Source: Macrostomum lignano | Taxonomy: Eukaryota | Direction: 5' to 3' | NCBI GenBank assembly: GCA_002269645.1 | Contig: NIVC01000259.1 | Span: 1-41,743, forward strand | DNA length: 41,743 bases | Shown here: one piece after another, positions 35,281 through 41,743 of the stretch | Position numbering within the stretch: the first letter of the stretch is position 1 | Layout of the letters: every line of letters begins with the position of its first letter | Translations under genes and position numbers: made by a program | The notes under the pieces: model-generated | Database searches by the model: none | Seen by the model: the letters and a program-made list of their open reading frames with translations, nothing else | Told to the model about the DNA's origin: nothing

Positions 35281-36364
35281 GAGTTAATTTTAAGGCAGTG
35301 ATGGCTCTGGAGTCCTTAGCAGACTTTTAAACCTCAAGACACGGCTTGTACATCCTAGTTTACATCTGTACGAGTACACACCCAAGCTCAGATGAGGCAG
35401 CTCCATGGGAATTTCAAACAAATGTTCAGTAATGCCAAAATTAACAATAAAAAAATCATTTTCTTCTTTCTCTTCAATTTTTTCTTAAAATGTCGTTTTA
35501 CAAACGGTACACATAGAAAACATTAGACGGCAGCTAAAATTTATTTATAAATGAGCTGACGCAGAAAAACTTGGATTTAAACGGGTAAAAAAAGCAAACC
35601 ACGAAGGAAGAACAGATATAGCTGCTGCTAGGAGATTCGGTTAACAACAATTAAAAGTAAATTGATTTATCATAGATAAGTTCAAGTAATTGGGAAGCGG
35701 GCTTAGTATATAGCTCAGGCTGCTAGTAGGCCTTTATTATTCTTGTATAAAATATGTAGTAATTATTGAGATAATAAAAATAGACGATACGCAGCTAAGG
35801 AGAGCAGTACGAACTATCTAAGTTCACTAGCTAATATTTTATAGCAGTTATCATTGCCAAAACAAATAAATTACGCAAAAATTTTAAACATTTAGCAAAC
35901 AGCGAACAGTGAGAATATGGACATGGGCGAGCCGTGCAAATTTCGTTGCAAGATTGAAAGTTTGCAGGTTTTTACTTCTTTATTGAAGATAAAACACCTT
36001 CTGGACTTCCGAATTGCCAATAAAGCAAGCATGCATTTTGTCCGTGAGATGCAGTCACAAGTTTATCAAGCTGAAGTTTGAGCATTGCGCTCTGCAATGA
36101 AACTTTGCTCTAGCTTTTTCCTCTATAAACTTGTGAGTGCGCCTCGGACATGTCCGCGGAGTCAAGAAGGTGAGATATCGCAGTGCTAAAAACCAGAAAA
36201 ATTCCTTGTCTCGCCAATGCAGTTTGTGCAGAGAAAGCCGGTCTTTTGGCAAAAAATTCAGGGTTTTTGAGTGCAGCATCAATCGATTTGGTGCAGTTGA
36301 CATAAAGTGAGAACTGGGAGTTCACGGGCTGCCATAGAAAATTAAGCGGTACCAATTCAGAGGA

Positions 36365-36673
36365 ATCAGCTTTTCCTATAGTACTTTGTGTACTTGTAGG
36401 ATCTGGGGCAATCAGCGGTACCCATAGTAGTCCATGTACTTGTAGGAGCTGGGGAATCAGCGGTACCCATAGTAGTCATGTACTTGTAGGAGCTGGGGAA
36501 TCAGCGGTACCCATAGTAGTCCATGTACTTGTAGGAGCTGGGGAATCAGCGTACCCATAGTAGTCCATGTACTTGTAGGAGCTGGGAAAATCAGCGGTAC
36601 CCATAGTAGTCCATGTACTTGTATGGAGCTTGGGATCAGCGGTACCATAGTAGTCCATGTACTTGTAGGAGCT
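36365..36673. repeat. 45-bp minisatellite overlapping the CCDC181 stop codon, 6 units plus 1 degenerate
   Basis: The minus-strand unit AGCTCCTACAAGTACATGGACTACTATGGGTACCGCTGATTCCCC encodes SSYKYMDYYGYR*. Confidence 0.95.
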
Positions 36674-38816
36674 GGCTACAAGTAGAGCATTGGCCAGAGC
36701 CTGCGACTTCCTTGACCGGCGCATGGCCAGCTGGGTCACGCGGGCCCGCTGTCGCTCGCACATCTCCTCGTATAGTTTCTGCTCTTCCTTGCGACGGAGC
36801 CACCTGGCAGAGAATTAACGGGTTTTGAATGAGTACAGTCCAATGGCTCTAAATGATTCAAATTTTTGTTCACAGCCAGCCGCTTGCGAGTAAGAAAATG
36901 CAAACCAGGAAATTACCAGACAGCAAAAAGAAAATACAGTTTTGTGCTTAGTTTTCTACACCGAAATCACCCCACATTGACAACTCGTCACTGAAACCGA
37001 TGCCAGCATTCTCTGCGTATTACGTATACTTGCGCTTAATTGAATTAAGAAACCAACTCTTCTACTGTTAGTAGTCGCATTGAGTATTTCTTATCGATTT
37101 TGTCCTAAATAAAATTGAACGACGCATCCCTGAAGCTGGAGGCCGGGTAGGGTCTCCTTCAGAGATCAATTATGCATTGGATTGAGGCACATATTTGAAC
37201 CATTGGTAGGCAAGCTAAAAAACTCTGTCAGCAAGAATTAACGCGGCTCAGTGTTTCTAAGCTTCACTAAGTGAATTTTAGCTGCAACCTGTCCAACATG
37301 GGCTGGTGGATCAAAGCTGGGTCAGTACTCTCTGCTCTTGCACCTGTCACATTGGATTAAGGATTAGCAAATGCTTGTTCTGGAAAGAATTTCGAAGTGC
37401 AATAAAATAAATTCACTTACAGCTTGAAAGCCCTCCGGCACTGCCTTGAAGTGCGCGTCTCAGAGTGCTCAATCATCTCCTCGCGCTCCATCTCTTGGTA
37501 TTTCTTCTCCTTCTTCTGCTGCTTCCGCTTGCTCTGCAGCCAGTCTTCGAAGCTCGGCTTGCCATTCCGCTGGCGCTCTTGCTGCTCCTGCTCTTCCTGC
37601 TGCCGCTGCCGCCGCTCCGCCTCTTGGCGCTCCTTCTCGTCTTTCTGCTGCTCACTTTTGGCGCGCAGCCAAGCATCAAAGCCGGCGCCATTGTCTTGAC
37701 GCTGCGCGCGCTCACGCGCCTCGGCCTCCTCGCGGCGCTCCCGCTCTCGCCGCTCCCGCCGCTGCTGCTGCCGCTTGGCCCGCAGCCAGGCCTGGAATGC
37801 CAGCTCGTTGTCCCGCTCCCGCTCGTCCTGGCAACCGTTGCTACGCGCGCTGCCCGGCCGGCCGTTGCCGTTGACTGACGAGCGGCCGTTTGAGTCGCGC
37901 CGTTGCTGCCGCGGCGCCGAGCTCGGCCGGCCGCGTGGACCGCCGCCACCGCCGCTCGGCTCCCCGTTGCTTTCGCTGTCGCGGCCGCTCAGCTCCAGAT
38001 CTTCGTCGCTGTCGCTGTCGATTTGATCGGCTTCCACCTCTCGCCTATCGACGTACTTGTACTGGCCACCGTCGCTGACTATAAGCACCTTCCCTGAGCC
38101 CGGCTGGTCGCCGCCGCCGTCCGTCTCCACTGGTTGCTGGCGATCCGGCGTCGATTTCTCAGCGTCGTCGCTGTCGGTCTCCGGCCGCTGCTCGGGTGGC
38201 GTCTGAGGCGGCGAATCGTCTGAATCGGCCTCGTCCTCGGCCGGTAGCTGCGTCGGTGGTGACGGCGACGGGGCGACCTGGACGAGCTCGGCGCTGAATC
38301 GAACCCGTGACGGCCTGGCCGCGGATTCCTCTGGCGACGGTTCACGCTCCAGTTCGGCATTGAGCTGGTCGAGCCGGGCCAGGGTATCCTCGTAGTCGGG
38401 GCCGGGCTCTGCGAAGGGCACCGGTGGTCGATTTTGAAACGTATTTTTCAGGCCAATTAAATTCTCCAAAAACTGACTGCCCTCTACATCCAGCATGGAG
38501 TTCTTCAGCTTTATCTTCTGGAACTTTGAAGTTGCCTTGAAGCAAATTCAAGTAAATCGTATTTCAGCTCACCTTGCAAAGCCTTTAGAAATTCATCGTC
38601 GGCTTCCTCTGGAATTTTTATTTATTTAGGCATTAATAATCGCATCAAATCAAAGGAAATTTTGAAAGTAGGACACATAGTGGCAAAAAGAGAGCTTGAC
38701 ACACCAGTCCAATCATCAGCGCTGATTGTCTGCAGCCTGTCTAACTCCTCCATTGCTGCTAGCTGATCATCTCTCAGGCCGTACTCATCATGTTGTGGCT
38801 CATCCTGCTCAGTCAT
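36636..38816 (-). CDS. CCDC181: Coiled-coil domain-containing protein 181 (ciliary/flagellar microtubule-binding)
   Basis: complement(join(36636..36803,37421..38408,38573..38608,38705..38816)), phases 1,1,2 consistent. Repeated F-x-x-W-L-x-x-K motifs (ELAFQAWLRAK, FDAWLRAK, FEDWLQSK, AFKLWLRRK) and the C-terminal RARVTQL.MRRSRKSQ...YKYMDYY fit CCDC181. The apparent natural stop at 36636-36638 is out of frame by a 1-nt deletion in the first repeat unit. Confidence 0.8.
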
Positions 38817-41372
38817 TAGAAATTTTAGCCATTAATTAGACATTTTCATGGAGGTTTTTATTGATTGACAAAGGAAGTTTTGCTACAAATAGTTGAAGAA
38901 ATTGAGCTGAATCTTAATGGCTATAAAATATTTTGATTATATATTAACCTAACCTATCTACGGCTAGTTGGAACAGAGATATAATTCAAGCTACCCTTTA
39001 TCTTATTTGAAAATTAATATTCATAATCTCAGTACAAAGTGTCTACTAAGGACATATATAATTTGCGTTGGCTATGTCCTAGTTGTTTAAATTTTTATTG
39101 GAAGAAAAACTGTTTGCTTAAAATATACAACTCAGATTGAATAAACAAACGATTGCTTGGCATAGTAAATTGCCTAGTATCTTTGACCTCTGTGGACCTT
39201 CCAATAGATATTGTACAGATGCGATATTTTACAATAATCATCTCTACAAGCAAAGCACTTAAACCAGCATAAGTAAAACAGCATTTTTAAACGAAATTTT
39301 CAGGTGGTTATGTTGTATTTATTACCCAACTTCCATTATGCTCTCATTTTTCTAACTTAAGTAAGCAATTCATTACTATTTACATTAAATCCATCGGCTC
39401 ATATTTACTAAAATACATAAAGTGAATTCTTATTTTTAATTAGTCATTGAATAAAGAATCATAAACCTTTCTCCATATAAAATTTCTAATCATACAAAAG
39501 AGAAATATATGAATTTATGAACCACTCAAATTAAAACTCAGCGATGGTTTGTTCTCCCCTGGCCTTTGAGAATAAAAAGAGATGTTTTAATTTAAGGTTT
39601 CATTTTCATCCTTTAAAAATTGTCAGGTTAATGTTACGACGAATATATTTAGTTTGCAAATTTAAACAAACGTCCCATGACAACATACTTCACTAAGAGT
39701 TACCTATTTGTTAAAAGAAGAAATATTGGATTTGTAGCACTCCAGGTGAATTTTTTAGTAATGGAGCAATTTTAACAGCGTGATTTATTGTTTTTATGGA
39801 GTATCATGTCAATCAAATGACAATCGATTGCACGCACGAATAATTAATAAGTCTCGCTTTCGTGCGTTTAGACGTCTTGACAGCCTTTAATTAGTTAAAT
39901 TGATGGCTGTGTGGTATGGTCTACACACTAAAATAAATTAAAGAGAAGGAGAATTTCTTTATAGTAAGAAACAAAAAGGAAATAGAGGAGATTTTTGTGC
40001 TCCAAGACAGAACTTCCAATGCAGAACTTTGAGGAGTAAAACTTACACCCACTCATCAGATCGCTAGCCATCAATCTTCCTTACTGCGCCGTTCGACTTC
40101 AATTGCGAATAGTGAGCTAACTAATGAGCAGCTCCCAGAGAGCGGAAGACGAACCTGGGCAACTTCTGCTGTCAATTAAGATCTTGGAATCGATAGCGAT
40201 ATACGATCTTGAGTGGAGCGCTAGCCTATTAATCAAACAAAATGTCGTGAAGCAGGTCACTTTTATAGTGCGCCACCTGAGTCAGTTTTTTAATATTAAT
40301 AAACCTCTGTTTTTAAAAATGTCCTAGTTTAATTGGCTTAATTTTGTTGGTCTTATTTCTTTCTCAAAAAGTTACATCTTTTACTGAAAAGGCTTTTAGA
40401 TTGAATTAATTGGGAGATATTGTACTACGAGTAATATCTGCATATGTGTACTTTACGGTCTACGATTTTGCCAACCTTTCAAATAGTAATTATGAGAGTA
40501 TGAAATTGAATTTCAATTGCACTTTCTGCTGCAATCTTCCAATCTAAATAAGCGGCTATAGCTTCGATCAGAAAAATGCAATTGCTTTTGCGCTTTGGAA
40601 GATATAAGAATTGCTTCCCCCATCCGGCAAATCTCTTCCAGTAGAAATTTGCGCGCTTCGATTCGTAGGCTTGGAGCATAGTAATATAATCTAGCAGATC
40701 GAGTTGCTCAGAGCTGAAGAACAAACCCCGGCCCCTTGCATCGTCTAAAACGAGGCAAAGTGGATCGTTTTTTGCACCCCTGGGGCTGAGGGGCTGAGAG
40801 ATACAGAGACAAGTGACGCAGCGGACTGCAGCGGGAAGTGGCTGCTAGGCTGCAGTAGGCTCGATCTCAAGTCTCATCTAAGAAGGGTTGGAGTCGAATC
40901 TCGACCCACCAGCTTATCCTGCTCGGGAAGCGATCTCAGTTTTTTGCCCACGGCTTTATTTCCCGTCCGCACTGTCCCCCCCCCCCCCTCTGTTTCCCGC
41001 CTCATCTCGGTGGAGGCTGGCAAAGTCGATAAATTCGGCGCCAATGTATAGTATAGAAGGCGTGAAATTGCTTTGCTAGTGGATTTTTGCTCGCCCACCC
41101 CTCTCCATTCTGGTCCAGTGTCTTAGCGAGCATGGGTGAAACCTGAAACCTTATCCGCTTTGGGCAGGGGAAGTGCAGCCTGATGGCTGGTGTATCTGCT
41201 GCTGCTAAAAAACTATGAAAACACGGGGGTTGCTGGTTGGAAAGCAGAGATGTTCAGAATATGCAAAAGGCTGAATTTCAGCAGTGGCCGAAAGCAGAAA
41301 ATATGTAAAAAATGACTCCTCCTGTCACAAACTTGACCCACAAATCCGTGCATACTTGTTCCTGGTTGTGAG

Positions 41373-41743
41373 ATCATGACTGTGAGATCATGTCTGTGAG
41401 ATCATGTGTGTGCGATCATGTCTGTGAGATCATGTCTGTGAGATCATGTCTGTGAGATCATGTGTGTGCGATCATGTCTGTGAGATCATGTGTGTGCGAT
41501 CATGTCTGTGAGATCATTTGTGTGCGATCATGTCTGTGAGATCATGTGTGTGCGATCATGTCTGTGAGATCATTTGTGTGCGATCATGTCTGTGAGATCA
41601 TGTGTGTGCGATCATGTCTGTGAGATCATGTGTGTGCGATCATGTCTGTGAGATTTGTGTGCGATCATGTCTGTGAGATCATGTGTGTGCGATCATGTCT
41701 GTGAGATCATGTGTGTGCAATCCGATGTCTGTGAGATCATGTC
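41373..41743. repeat. 14-bp minisatellite running off the window end
   Basis: Units GAGATCATGTCTGT, GAGATCATGTGTGT and GCGATCATGTCTGT, often alternating as a 28-bp dimer. Confidence 0.95.

Overview
Eukaryotic (invertebrate animal) genomic DNA with GC-rich exons, GT-AG introns and AT-rich spacers full of minisatellites. The style resembles the flatworm Macrostomum, but that is a guess. The ORF track uses TTG/GTG starts and ignores introns, so I rebuilt the gene models by hand from splice sites and phase arithmetic. Eight loci are supported: WDR13 3' end (+), RALBP1/RLIP76 (+, 7 coding exons), KCMF1 (-), a TRAF-type RING gene without a MATH domain (-), TTLL2-like tubulin glutamylase (+), two tandem 2OG-Fe(II) dioxygenase paralogues (+, the second with a 1-nt frameshift) and CCDC181 (-). 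The window also holds about ten minisatellite arrays, hAT-type MITEs, a mariner relic, tRNA/CORE-SINE copies and a CCA-ended tRNA-Glu fragment. There is no CRISPR array or prokaryotic system. The most notable observations are a tandem duplicated Ral-binding domain in RALBP1, a 45-bp minisatellite built from CCDC181's last codons and stop codon, and GATA motifs in the arrays with a period of about 3 helical turns. Family assignments rest on remembered human orthologue sequences, not on database searches.
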